From positions 1 through 55,938 of the forward strand of contig CAYNHC010000001.1 in assembly GCA_964396705.1 (NCBI GenBank): a stretch of 55,938 nt of DNA, given 5' to 3'. This document shows, piece by piece, positions 17,621 to 27,620 of the stretch (position 1 is the first letter of the stretch; each line of letters opens with the position of its first letter). This DNA comes from an uncultured Paludibacter sp. GTDB taxonomy: Bacteria; Bacteroidota; Bacteroidia; Bacteroidales; Paludibacteraceae. Position numbers and translations under genes: made by a program. The notes below the pieces were generated by a model. It was not told the DNA's origin. It searched no databases and saw only the letters and a list, made by a program, of their open reading frames with translations.

Positions 17621-20263
17621 ATGAAAATTAATCCAAAAACAAAATTTCTTTTTATTCTATTTAGCTCTTTTTTTTATATAATGGGCTTAAATGCTCAAAA
17701 TGAGGCAACTGGAAAAACTTCTATTGTTGTTGAAGGGAATGCTCGTTTTTCGATGCTCACACCGCATATAATTCGCCTGGAGTTCGATTCGACAGGAAGG
17801 TTTGTAGATGATCCTTCGTTTGTTGTTGTTAACCGGAATTTGCCCGCCGTTCCATTTAAGAAAACTATTCAGGGCAAATGGATGATTATAAAAACCGGAC
17901 AAATGGAATTGAAATACAAGATAGGTTCGGGAAAATTCAACGAAAAAAATCTTCAAATAACATACAATCCGAAATCTTCTCAACCAATTGTTTGGTATCC
18001 CGGAATGAAAAACAATGAAAACCTCAAAGGTACTTTTCGAACGCTCGATGGTATGGATGGTGACAGACATGAAGGAGCTAAAAAACCGACTGCTTTTGAA
18101 GATGGACTTATCTCCCGCAATGGTTGGTATTTGTTGGATGATTCGAACAACTTTTTGTTTGACAATAACGAATGGAAATGGGTAAAGGAACGAAATAATA
18201 GCGAAATGGATTGGTATTTTATGGGCTATGGAACTGATTACAAAGCAGCTCTGTGTGATTACACCAAAATAGCTGGTAAAGTTCCGCTTCCTTCACGTTC
18301 GGCATTTGGCTATTGGTGGTCGCGCTATTGGAATTACTCCGATGATGAATACCGGGATTTAGTAAAACGGTTTAAACATTACAATATACCAATGGATGTT
18401 TTGGTTATTGATATGGATTGGCATATTACCGATGGCTTAGCTTTAAGTGATGATAAAAAATTCGATGAGTTTGAACAGCCCATAGGTTGGACGGGATATA
18501 CCTGGAATAAATCCCTTTTCCCTGAACCTGATCGCTTTTTGCAATGGTTGAAAGATCAGCGCATTAAATCCACATTAAACTTACATCCTGCATCAGGCAT
18601 TGCTCCTTACGAAGAAAAATATGATGAATTTGCAAAGGCAATGAATTTTGATACAACATCAAAGAAAAACATTCCTTTCGAAGTGGCTGATAAAAAATTT
18701 ATGACGAATCTGTTTGACATTGTATTGGATCCTTTGCAAAAAAAAGGAGTCTCATTTTGGTGGCTCGATTGGCAACAATGGCCTTATTCAAATAAAATAG
18801 CGGGTTTGAGTAATACATGGTGGCTGAATTATACTTTTTTCTCGCACATGGAGCAACAAAAAAAACAAAGACCTTTGCTTTACCACCGCTGGGGAGGGCT
18901 TGGCAATCACCGCTATCAAATCGGATTCTCCGGCGATGCTGCTATTTCGTGGAAATCGCTCGATTTTCAACCCTATTTTACATCAACAGCATCAAATGTT
19001 TTATATGGCTATTGGAGCCATGATTTAGGCGGTCACATGTTTGGCAACGTGCCTGACGATCAGAAAAAGATTGATCCGGAGATGTACACACGTTGGATGC
19101 AATATGGCGTTTTCAGTCCCATTTTCCGAACTCACTCGTCGAAAGATCCGCGATTAATGAAAGAAATCTGGAATTTTACAGGTAATTATTTCGATGCACT
19201 TTATGATGCTATTCATTTACGTTACGCGCTGGCTCCGTACATTTACACTATGGCTCGTGAAACTTACGATACAGGCATTTCGCTATGTCGCCCAATGTAT
19301 TATGACTACCCCAAAGATGAAGATGCATATGTGTTCAAAAACGAATATATGTTTGGTAACGATATGTTGATTATGCCCATAACCACACCGGCAGTCAATG
19401 ACTTGTCAACTGCAAAAGTATGGCTTCCGGCAGGAAGTGATTGGTACGAATGGAGTACCGGCACACTTTTGAAAGGTGGACAAACAATTGAGCGCAAGTT
19501 TCTAACCAATGAATACCCGATTTATGTAAAAGCCGGTGCTATTATTCCAATGTTTGACGAAACGGTGAAGAATTTACAAGAAAATACCAATAACCTGGTG
19601 TTGAGAATATTCCCCGGAGGCGATTATACTACTAAGCTTTACGAAGACGATGGAAATAATGACGATTATAAAAATTCGGCTTTCACCTTTACAACCATAA
19701 AATCAAAACGCAAGACTGACAATTCTCTAGAAATAACGATATTACCACGAGAAGGCTCATTCCTCGGAATGATTGAAAAGCGGAATGTGGAATTCCAGTT
19801 ATATGGTTCGGTAATGCCTGACTCGATAACATTGAATGGCAATCGCATACCATATAGTCCCGCGAAGAACAATAAAACGTGGAGTTATTCCGGTCGTGAT
19901 AATACAGTTCATATTTTATTAACCGAAGTTAATTGTAATGAAATGAACATGGTAACGGTTCATTATCCGCTTAAACAAGTTGATATTAATGGTATGATAG
20001 GTAAAATGAACCGCTTAAAAAAAGTTGTAGACTTAATGAAAAATAATTGGTTCAATAGTTCTCCCATTCCGAATATGATTTCGGAAGTGAATCAGGCTAA
20101 CCTCAATATTGAGTATAATCCGACAGAATTCAACAAAATAGCAAAAAACTTCATGATGAACTATCCACTAATTGGTGATACTATTGACACCACGATTCTC
20201 AAAAAAGAGGTCGTAAAACAATGCCGAATTCTTTTGGATAATCAGGAATTAAACAGTAAATAG
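17621..20263 (+). CDS. GH31 glycosidase with WWLDWQQ nucleophile motif (alpha-1,3-glucosidase-like group)
   Basis: NLKGTFRTLD, GYWWSRYW, VIDMDWH, WTGYTW, LNLHP, WWLDWQQ, HRYQIGFSGD, WSHDLGGH, FRTHS, LYEDDG. ATG 17621 preferred to TTG 17609; signal ...GLNA/Q. Confidence 0.92.
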   Translation: MKINPKTKFLFILFSSFFYIMGLNAQNEATGKTSIVVEGNARFSMLTPHIIRLEFDSTGRFVDDPSFVVVNRNLPAVPFKKTIQGKWMIIKTGQMELKYKIGSGKFNEKNLQITYNPKSSQPIVWYPGMKNNENLKGTFRTLDGMDGDRHEGAKKPTAFEDGLISRNGWYLLDDSNNFLFDNNEWKWVKERNNSEMDWYFMGYGTDYKAALCDYTKIAGKVPLPSRSAFGYWWSRYWNYSDDEYRDLVKRFKHYNIPMDVLVIDMDWHITDGLALSDDKKFDEFEQPIGWTGYTWNKSLFPEPDRFLQWLKDQRIKSTLNLHPASGIAPYEEKYDEFAKAMNFDTTSKKNIPFEVADKKFMTNLFDIVLDPLQKKGVSFWWLDWQQWPYSNKIAGLSNTWWLNYTFFSHMEQQKKQRPLLYHRWGGLGNHRYQIGFSGDAAISWKSLDFQPYFTSTASNVLYGYWSHDLGGHMFGNVPDDQKKIDPEMYTRWMQYGVFSPIFRTHSSKDPRLMKEIWNFTGNYFDALYDAIHLRYALAPYIYTMARETYDTGISLCRPMYYDYPKDEDAYVFKNEYMFGNDMLIMPITTPAVNDLSTAKVWLPAGSDWYEWSTGTLLKGGQTIERKFLTNEYPIYVKAGAIIPMFDETVKNLQENTNNLVLRIFPGGDYTTKLYEDDGNNDDYKNSAFTFTTIKSKRKTDNSLEITILPREGSFLGMIEKRNVEFQLYGSVMPDSITLNGNRIPYSPAKNNKTWSYSGRDNTVHILLTEVNCNEMNMVTVHYPLKQVDINGMIGKMNRLKKVVDLMKNNWFNSSPIPNMISEVNQANLNIEYNPTEFNKIAKNFMMNYPLIGDTIDTTILKKEVVKQCRILLDNQELNSK

Positions 20264-20297
20264 AAAACGCTAATCCATAAATTATTTTTACTAAAAT

Positions 20298-22751
20298 ATG
20301 AAACATGTCAATTTCTTTATCGTTGTACTTAGCTTGTTTATTATCAGCGTAACAGCTCAAGTTCCTGCAAATGCTCCATTGGGCAATGTGGAAAAGGTAA
20401 AAGTAAACAATGCTACCTACGACTTTTTTACTTCGAATGGAAGAGCGCAAGTAATTGTTTATTCGCCTAATGTGATTCGTATTCGCATTGACAAACAAAA
20501 CTTAGCTCCCGATTTTAGCTATGCAGTTGTATCTAATCCCACGCCCTGCGCTGTGAATGTTACAAATAGTGCAGACGTTTATTCTATCTCAACCGATTCG
20601 TTAATCCTTCGAATATCGAAGAAACCGTTACGATTCACTTTTCTAACTAAAGATGGAAAAATTATTAATGCAGATGATTCTGCGTTTGGAACGTCATGGC
20701 AAGGAGAAGAAGTAACCACGTATAAATCGTTGCAAGAAGGAGAACGTTTTATCGGATTGGGAGAGCAAAGTGGCAGCCTTGATAGAGCCGGAACCGCTTG
20801 TGTACATTATAACACAGATAATCCTAAATATGATAATACATCTGATCGTTTGTATTCCACAATTCCATTTTATATAGGCCTTCATAATAAGCTGGCATAC
20901 GGTATATTTATGGACAATCCATCCGAAAGCCTTTTTAATTTTGGGGCAGGAAACAATCGGTTCTCTTATTTCAAGGCTAACTGCGGAGAAATGAATTATT
21001 ATTTCATTTACCACTCTTCAGTAAAACAAATTATTTCATCTTACACATGGCTTACAGGACGAACTCCGATACCACCTAAATGGTCGTTGGGATTTCAACA
21101 ATGCCGTTGGTCCTATTTCCCGGAAGCCAATTTACTATCAACCGCTGCTAAATTCAGAGAACGACGTATTCCAATTGATATGATTTATTTGGACATTCAT
21201 TATATGGATGAGTATAAGGTCTTTACCTGGTTTGATCAAATGTTTCCAAATCCCAAAGAGATGACAGGTAAGCTGAAGGACATGGATATGCACTTAGCCG
21301 TGATTATCGATCCCGGAGTAAAAATTTCGGATAAATACCCTATGTACAAAGAAGGAGTTGATTCCTCACTTTTTATTAAATATCCTGATGGGAAAGATTA
21401 TGCTGCGCAGGTGTGGCCTGGTTGGTGTAACTTTCCGGACTTTACCATGCCCAAAACCAGAGCGTGGTGGGGGAAATGGATGAAAACATATACAGACGTT
21501 GGCGTTACCGGCTTTTGGAACGATATGAATGAAATAGCTGTATGGGGAAAAGAAGTTCCGTCGTTACTCAATATGAATTGGGATGGACATAAAACTACCT
21601 ATCGCTACGGTAAAAATGTATATGGTTTTCAAATGGCGCGAAGCACTTACGAAGGCGCGAAGAAACACATGAACGGGGAGCGTCCGTTTGTGTTAACCCG
21701 TTCGGGATACTCGGGCTTACAACGTTATACTTCAATTTGGACGGGTGATAACCAGGCCACAGAAGACCATATGTTGCTTGGCGTACGCTTGATTAATAGT
21801 CTTGGTTTGTCGGGCGTAAGTTTTGCCGGAGTTGATGTTGGCGGTTTCAGCGGTAATCCTACACAAAATTTATATACCAGATGGATGCAAATTGGTGCAT
21901 TTTCGCCCATGTATCGCGCACATACATCGTTTACAATGATGCGTGGCGAACCTTGGGATTTTGGGGAGGTTTTCGAAGATGTTGCCCGTCGTTACATCGG
22001 ATTCAGGTATCAACTGATGCCTTATATTTATTCAACATTCTACGAATCATCGCAAAATGGAATGCCGGTAACACGCTCATTGGCAATAGACTATTCCAAT
22101 GATAATAATATCTATGAGGGCGATTATCAACAACAATATATGTTTGGTTCTTCAATTCTGGTAGCACCTTGTAAAAGTACGGAAATGCTCACCAAAGTGT
22201 ATTTGCCGCAAGGGGAATGGTACGATTTATTTGATGACAAGCTTTATACCGGAAATCAAAAAATTGCAGCTGAGTCGGGTTTGTATAAATTGCCTTTGTA
22301 CGTAAAGGCAGGAAGTATTATTCCAATGCAAAAATTGGTTGAGTCTACTGCAGATAAAACCACCGACACACTTTTCGTCCATCTTTATGCCGGAAAAGAA
22401 AAGAATGAATATCAGTATTATGAAGATGATAGTAAGACTTATAAATACGAACAAGGTAATTTTTATAAACGCCTGATTCAGTATGACCCACAAAACTCTA
22501 CGTTGTTGTTCAATCGAAAAGAAGGAAGTTTTAATACCCAATGTAGTGTCGTTACAGTAGTCTTACATGGATTTTCGTCGGAAGACGTACAACGCTTAAC
22601 AGTGAATGGTAATACTAAGGCAGTAAATAAAGATAAAATTCGCTTTTTCACCAGTAATTTTAGATTTGCCGATTATGGACCTTTTGATATAAAGAACGTA
22701 CAGACTTTCTCTTTTACCAATAATAATGATGAAATACGGGTTCGGTGGTAA
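20298..22751 (+). CDS. GH31 alpha-glucosidase (glucosidase II / dextran-active type)
   Basis: FIGLGE, LYSTIPFY, GFQQCRWSY, YLDIHYM, IIDPGVK, VWPG, FWNDMNE, WTGDN, DVGGF, RAH, EPW. Confidence 0.93.
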   Translation: MKHVNFFIVVLSLFIISVTAQVPANAPLGNVEKVKVNNATYDFFTSNGRAQVIVYSPNVIRIRIDKQNLAPDFSYAVVSNPTPCAVNVTNSADVYSISTDSLILRISKKPLRFTFLTKDGKIINADDSAFGTSWQGEEVTTYKSLQEGERFIGLGEQSGSLDRAGTACVHYNTDNPKYDNTSDRLYSTIPFYIGLHNKLAYGIFMDNPSESLFNFGAGNNRFSYFKANCGEMNYYFIYHSSVKQIISSYTWLTGRTPIPPKWSLGFQQCRWSYFPEANLLSTAAKFRERRIPIDMIYLDIHYMDEYKVFTWFDQMFPNPKEMTGKLKDMDMHLAVIIDPGVKISDKYPMYKEGVDSSLFIKYPDGKDYAAQVWPGWCNFPDFTMPKTRAWWGKWMKTYTDVGVTGFWNDMNEIAVWGKEVPSLLNMNWDGHKTTYRYGKNVYGFQMARSTYEGAKKHMNGERPFVLTRSGYSGLQRYTSIWTGDNQATEDHMLLGVRLINSLGLSGVSFAGVDVGGFSGNPTQNLYTRWMQIGAFSPMYRAHTSFTMMRGEPWDFGEVFEDVARRYIGFRYQLMPYIYSTFYESSQNGMPVTRSLAIDYSNDNNIYEGDYQQQYMFGSSILVAPCKSTEMLTKVYLPQGEWYDLFDDKLYTGNQKIAAESGLYKLPLYVKAGSIIPMQKLVESTADKTTDTLFVHLYAGKEKNEYQYYEDDSKTYKYEQGNFYKRLIQYDPQNSTLLFNRKEGSFNTQCSVVTVVLHGFSSEDVQRLTVNGNTKAVNKDKIRFFTSNFRFADYGPFDIKNVQTFSFTNNNDEIRVRW

Positions 22752-22799
22752 CCTGTATTTCTCTAACTAAAAATACAAGTTAATAAATACAATACATAA

Positions 22800-23915
22800 A
22801 TGAAAAAAATCGCAAAGAAAACAGAGTTCTTTTCTTCTAAATTGATTCTCACTGGCATCGGGTTGGTTCTAATTTCAATCAATGCATTTGCTTTTAATTA
22901 TAAAGCATACCGTACTCAAACCGCACCTGTAATCGATGGTATCGGTAATGAAGTTTGTTGGGAAAGAGCAAGTTGGGCATTAATCAATCAGCCTTTTGAT
23001 GGAAAGACAACAATACCTGATTCTGCCGATTTTTATGGCCGTTATAAAATTGTATGGGACGCTTCAAGAGTTTATGTGTTGATGGAAATTACTGACGATA
23101 AGCTTGTAGATAACAGGGTGAATCCAAAAAATACTTATTGGGATGATGATTGTACGGAATTCTTTTTCGACGAGGACAATACTCCTGAAGGACATGAATG
23201 TGGCGCAAGTGCTTTTAACGCATTTGCATACCATATTGCAGCCGTTGCCCGCGATAAAAATAATTATACCAATGGAAGCATTGTTCCTTTTGACTCGCCG
23301 AATGCTGTAAATCACGTTATTGATCTTGGTTCTGATTGTAATACAAATAATGCAATCAATCTGGACGATCATGTCAAAGTAAAGATTGTAAAAGACTGCA
23401 ACAAATACACATGGGAGCTCGAATTCAAGATATTTAATAAAAACTACAATCAAAACAGTAGCTCGAATGTACCTGTAACGCTGACAGCGAATAAAGTAAT
23501 GGGATTTGCTATTGCTTATTGCGACGATGATAGTGGAGTTCGCGATAATATGATTGGTACTATTCCAAATCATAATGACTATGGAGGGCCTTATCCTTTT
23601 TATAGGTTTACCAGTGAATTTGGAACTTTAACGCTTAATGATTCGGTTTTAACAGCAATTAAAACAACTAATTTTGAAAGCAGCAATCTAGTATGGCCAA
23701 ATCCGGTAAAAGATGTATTAAACATTAAATTAGGCAATCAAATTAAAGATTTTAATAAAGTTGAGATTTTTAATTTATCAGGAATTGCAATTTCATCTAA
23801 TAAGTTTGACAGTAACAACACTAAAATTGATGTTAGCTATTTACCTTCACAAACCTATATAATGCAAATTTCAGGTAGAGAAGACCTGTATAAACAATTA
23901 TTCATTAAAGAATAA
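22800..23915 (+). CDS. CBM9-like sugar-binding protein with T9SS C-terminal domain
   Basis: APVIDG...W, YKIVWD..RVYVLMEITDD, WDDDCTEFFFDED, YTWEL, MGFAIAYCDDD; CTD VWPNPVKDVLNI...IFNLSG...YIMQI...LFIKE. Confidence 0.85.
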   Translation: MKKIAKKTEFFSSKLILTGIGLVLISINAFAFNYKAYRTQTAPVIDGIGNEVCWERASWALINQPFDGKTTIPDSADFYGRYKIVWDASRVYVLMEITDDKLVDNRVNPKNTYWDDDCTEFFFDEDNTPEGHECGASAFNAFAYHIAAVARDKNNYTNGSIVPFDSPNAVNHVIDLGSDCNTNNAINLDDHVKVKIVKDCNKYTWELEFKIFNKNYNQNSSSNVPVTLTANKVMGFAIAYCDDDSGVRDNMIGTIPNHNDYGGPYPFYRFTSEFGTLTLNDSVLTAIKTTNFESSNLVWPNPVKDVLNIKLGNQIKDFNKVEIFNLSGIAISSNKFDSNNTKIDVSYLPSQTYIMQISGREDLYKQLFIKE

Positions 23916-23938
23916 AAATCATTTTTCGTATGAAACGA

Positions 23939-23957
23939 GTCCCGATATAATCGGGAC
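23939..23957. repeat. Short GC-rich intergenic hairpin (REP-like / mRNA stabiliser)
   Basis: GTCCCGAT-ATA-ATCGGGAC, no U-tract, between two co-oriented genes. Confidence 0.5.
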
Positions 23958-23993
23958 GAACTCCATGTGATCATTTAGAACAATTATTTACAT

Positions 23994-26900
23994 ATGAATT
24001 TAAAATTGTCAATACTATTTTTCATTTGTATTTTCCTGTTGCATGAAAGTAATGCCCAAATGAAAGATCCTGTTCATTGGCTCAATTTCGAGAAAATATT
24101 AAATATAAAAAACAATCAACGATTTTACGATTTTGATGTGTACTGTATCAGGTCTTCCGCTCCAGCAAACACTTTATGGCCGGGTGAAAAGCCTAAATTT
24201 ACATTTCAGATAATTAATAATACAAATAATTTAATTTCTGAAAATGCCAAAATAGAAATTATACAATACGGATCGAAGGGAATTCCGAATGATGTATGGT
24301 TGCCTGAAATGTATAAAATCGCTAATGTACAATCCATTCCCGTGAATGTTGAGATTGTAGCCAATGGATTTATAAATATTGATGTTGCACCGGATTTGCC
24401 CGAAACATTCGGAGGTTATGCCATCGTGTTGGATCTGGGTAAGCATGGGCGAAGGTTAGCAACCAGCGTGGTTCGTACTTTTAAGGCAAATCCTGTAGCC
24501 ATTCAGTATCCCAAACAGTCGTTGGACGATATTGGAGCAGATTTCCTTAGCCGTATTGGTGTTCAGGCAATTCGTATGGGAGTTTCATACATTCCGACTA
24601 CCAGTCGGGATTACGTGACCGAGATGGAAAAACTCAATATGAAATTAAAGGAGTATAAGGATAAGAATATCACAGTTCTACTCATGTTTATGGAAGGACC
24701 AACCTTAATCCCTTTAGGGACTCCACGTTCGTTTCTTGATGACAAAAATGTTTTCCTGAAAACTAAACAGGACTATGTTTGGTTGCCAGAACTGGATGCA
24801 GATTTTCAGAAATATGTAAAAAACATATGCACCAATAACGGTTGGCCAAAAGGTTGTGTTACAGCTGTGAGTTTGTGGAACGAACCATGGGAAGGTATTT
24901 CAATTTCGGGCTGGCAATCCGATATGCTTCGATTCCGCGAGATTTATACGGCGATGGCTAATGGCGTTCTTGAAGCGCGAAAAGAAGGTGCAGATGTGTT
25001 GGTTGGTGGTTGTGACTCCAATTCAAATGCCTGGGATAAATTATTCAGCGATGGCAGCATGAAGTTTCTGCCGATTTTCGATTTTCTATCCATTCACTAT
25101 CAGGGAATGGAATCACCCTGTCTTTATCCACAATGGAACAACCGTAAAGATTATAAAGGACGGGTTCAGATATGGGATACCGAAAGTTGGGTAGGAAATA
25201 CCGATGATCGAATTGCGACCGTTGTTGCGACAAACCGTTCGGCAGGATACGACCGTTCGATGGGAATTTACGGCGGCTATATGATTTCGCGACCTCATAC
25301 AGGCGAAGGAAGTAAACAACGGATACGAACCATTGACGGAACCAAAGAAATTGATGCAATTCCAAATGTCTGGTCGCCGGCAGCTGCCATGGGTGCCGTG
25401 CAACATATGATTGGCGAACGCGATTTCAAAGAACTACTTTTTAAAAACGGACTTCCGTGGGTGATGTGTTTTGATGGTTATCAGAATAAACCCGATGATG
25501 GAACTGTGGTGGTGATTGGTGATATTGGTGAAGCTTTTGGAGCAGAGAATGTGCTTTTCAGAGGTGTTAGAGGAACGAATGAAGCCGCTGAGAAAGAAGA
25601 GCTTCGTAAGAAAATAAGTCAGTTGCCCGAAAATTCTCCAGAACGAGCAAAGCTGAATCAAAAACTTGCAGAATACCGTGGTTTGACAGGTGGAAAAATG
25701 ACCATTAAAGCCGATCCTTCATTTTCTTTGTACGATTTTTATGGAAATAGGGTCGCTGCAAAAGGAAATAAAATTGAGATTCCACTATCATTTCAGGGAT
25801 ATTTTTTACGCACCAACGGATCAAAAGGATCGTTTGCACGCTTAACCTCAGCCTTAAAGCAAGCACTAATTGAAGGCTACCAACCGGTAGAAATAATTGC
25901 TAAAGATATGGTTGGCAGAATTGATGAAAAACCGGTTATGGAACTTCAACTTACCAATATCTTAAACCGAAAAATATCCGGATCATTAACCGTTAAGTTG
26001 GGCGAATTGACAATAAAAACAATTGGAAAAGTTGTGCTAAAACCCAATGAATCAAAAACAATTGCGGTGCAAGTGACAGGAGGAAATCCATCGCCCAATA
26101 ATACCTATCCGCTTGATGTGGCTTTTGATGCCGGAAAAGATGGAAAATCATTTCAACACGAAGAAATGCACGTAAATTTGATATCGAAACTAACCCCTGT
26201 AATCGATGGTAAACTGGACGAATGGGGCAAGTGTTTTCCTCAAACAATTTCAGCCGGAAAGTCAAGTCTTTCGGTAACAGAAGCTGCGTGGTATCCGTTT
26301 AAAGAGTTTGATACAAAATCTGAAGGTATGGCAAATGGTTATATGGCCTACGACGATGCGTATTTTTATTTTGCTGCAAAAGTGGCCGATAATACACCGC
26401 ATCCCGGCACATATAGGTTCGAAAACCGGAATGATGATGAATTTTTCTATCCTGATACCGCATACAAACCCGATGTTAATCTGTCATTTAAAAAGAAAGA
26501 TGGAAAAAGGAATGTTACAGAAAATGATTTATGGGCATTACAAAATCCAACTGGATCAGGTAGGTTGATGCATTATTGGGAGCCTGATGAGAATAATATT
26601 GGAATGGGCATAGATTTAAATCTTCCAACAAACAAAACCACTCAAGTTGCTTTTTACTTGCCAAATTTGGATACCTATAATACAAAAATAGAATTTTGGG
26701 ATTTAAATAGCAATGCGCTGATAACAAATGACCACTTCGACAGGCTTTGGGATGGTTGTTATCTAGTGTACGAACTTTCAGGAAATATCAGAGTGACTTT
26801 TAAAGGGAATTGGTGGTACAATGTAAAACTGGCGGGTGTTTTCTTCGATAAAACAGTGAATGATGTTTGTGGCTCAAGTTCTGCCTTTCTTGTAACGAAA

Positions 26901-27617
26901 GATTTTGACACTAAAGGCAATTGGAAAGGCGTTTATGGGAAAGACGGATGTTGGGTATTCGGAAGCAATCCAAATCTGCCAAAAGATATTAAAGCTCAGC
27001 CAACGGATAATAATGTATTAATTCCGCTTACATGGCCTGAAGGAGTTCGTCATTTCTCGTACAGAAAAGATCCCGTAATGCCCGACAATAGCGCCGGAAT
27101 GGGCTTTGCCACCGATAATGTTCAAATTGCATTTAATGTAATTCCGATTGGCGAAGATGGTTATAAATCTACTCCAAAAGGAACTATGCCCAAATACGTT
27201 GGTTACAAATGTACCGATTACGAATATGCTCTTAATCAGGTTGCACCCGAATATGGTGGTGGTACTGAAATATGGCGCTTACTGATTCCCGGAATGCCTG
27301 AAAAACATTTCTACCCGCGTCAACCGAAATCACCTTTCGATGGGGCCGTAAAAACAGGAAAATTAGCCATTACTCACGAAGGAAACACACGCATTACGGA
27401 ATGTGCCATCCCCTGGAGCGAACTGCCTGATGTAAAAAAAGCATTGGATGCCGGAAAAACGATTAAGTTTTCATTTAGAATAAACGATAACGGAAATATG
27501 GGAAACTGCATGGAATTGGCTCGTGAACGAAGCGTTTCGAAACGGAATTCTCGCGCTTTTCATGCTTCATGGAAAGAACATTGGGCGAATGAAGTAGAAT
27601 TTGGGTTTGAAAAATAA
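23994..27617 (+). CDS. Large secreted/periplasmic putative clan GH-A (GH39-like) glycoside hydrolase with Ig-like and CBM9-like domains
   Basis: Signal ...ESNA/Q; TIM-barrel motifs SLWNEPW (acid/base), DFLSIHYQ, IWDTESW (nucleophile); later PVIDGKLDEW, MAYDDAYFYFAAKVAD, ECAIPWSEL (CBM9-like). Confidence 0.65.
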   Translation: MNLKLSILFFICIFLLHESNAQMKDPVHWLNFEKILNIKNNQRFYDFDVYCIRSSAPANTLWPGEKPKFTFQIINNTNNLISENAKIEIIQYGSKGIPNDVWLPEMYKIANVQSIPVNVEIVANGFINIDVAPDLPETFGGYAIVLDLGKHGRRLATSVVRTFKANPVAIQYPKQSLDDIGADFLSRIGVQAIRMGVSYIPTTSRDYVTEMEKLNMKLKEYKDKNITVLLMFMEGPTLIPLGTPRSFLDDKNVFLKTKQDYVWLPELDADFQKYVKNICTNNGWPKGCVTAVSLWNEPWEGISISGWQSDMLRFREIYTAMANGVLEARKEGADVLVGGCDSNSNAWDKLFSDGSMKFLPIFDFLSIHYQGMESPCLYPQWNNRKDYKGRVQIWDTESWVGNTDDRIATVVATNRSAGYDRSMGIYGGYMISRPHTGEGSKQRIRTIDGTKEIDAIPNVWSPAAAMGAVQHMIGERDFKELLFKNGLPWVMCFDGYQNKPDDGTVVVIGDIGEAFGAENVLFRGVRGTNEAAEKEELRKKISQLPENSPERAKLNQKLAEYRGLTGGKMTIKADPSFSLYDFYGNRVAAKGNKIEIPLSFQGYFLRTNGSKGSFARLTSALKQALIEGYQPVEIIAKDMVGRIDEKPVMELQLTNILNRKISGSLTVKLGELTIKTIGKVVLKPNESKTIAVQVTGGNPSPNNTYPLDVAFDAGKDGKSFQHEEMHVNLISKLTPVIDGKLDEWGKCFPQTISAGKSSLSVTEAAWYPFKEFDTKSEGMANGYMAYDDAYFYFAAKVADNTPHPGTYRFENRNDDEFFYPDTAYKPDVNLSFKKKDGKRNVTENDLWALQNPTGSGRLMHYWEPDENNIGMGIDLNLPTNKTTQVAFYLPNLDTYNTKIEFWDLNSNALITNDHFDRLWDGCYLVYELSGNIRVTFKGNWWYNVKLAGVFFDKTVNDVCGSSSAFLVTKDFDTKGNWKGVYGKDGCWVFGSNPNLPKDIKAQPTDNNVLIPLTWPEGVRHFSYRKDPVMPDNSAGMGFATDNVQIAFNVIPIGEDGYKSTPKGTMPKYVGYKCTDYEYALNQVAPEYGGGTEIWRLLIPGMPEKHFYPRQPKSPFDGAVKTGKLAITHEGNTRITECAIPWSELPDVKKALDAGKTIKFSFRINDNGNMGNCMELARERSVSKRNSRAFHASWKEHWANEVEFGFEK

Positions 27618-27620
27618 ATA

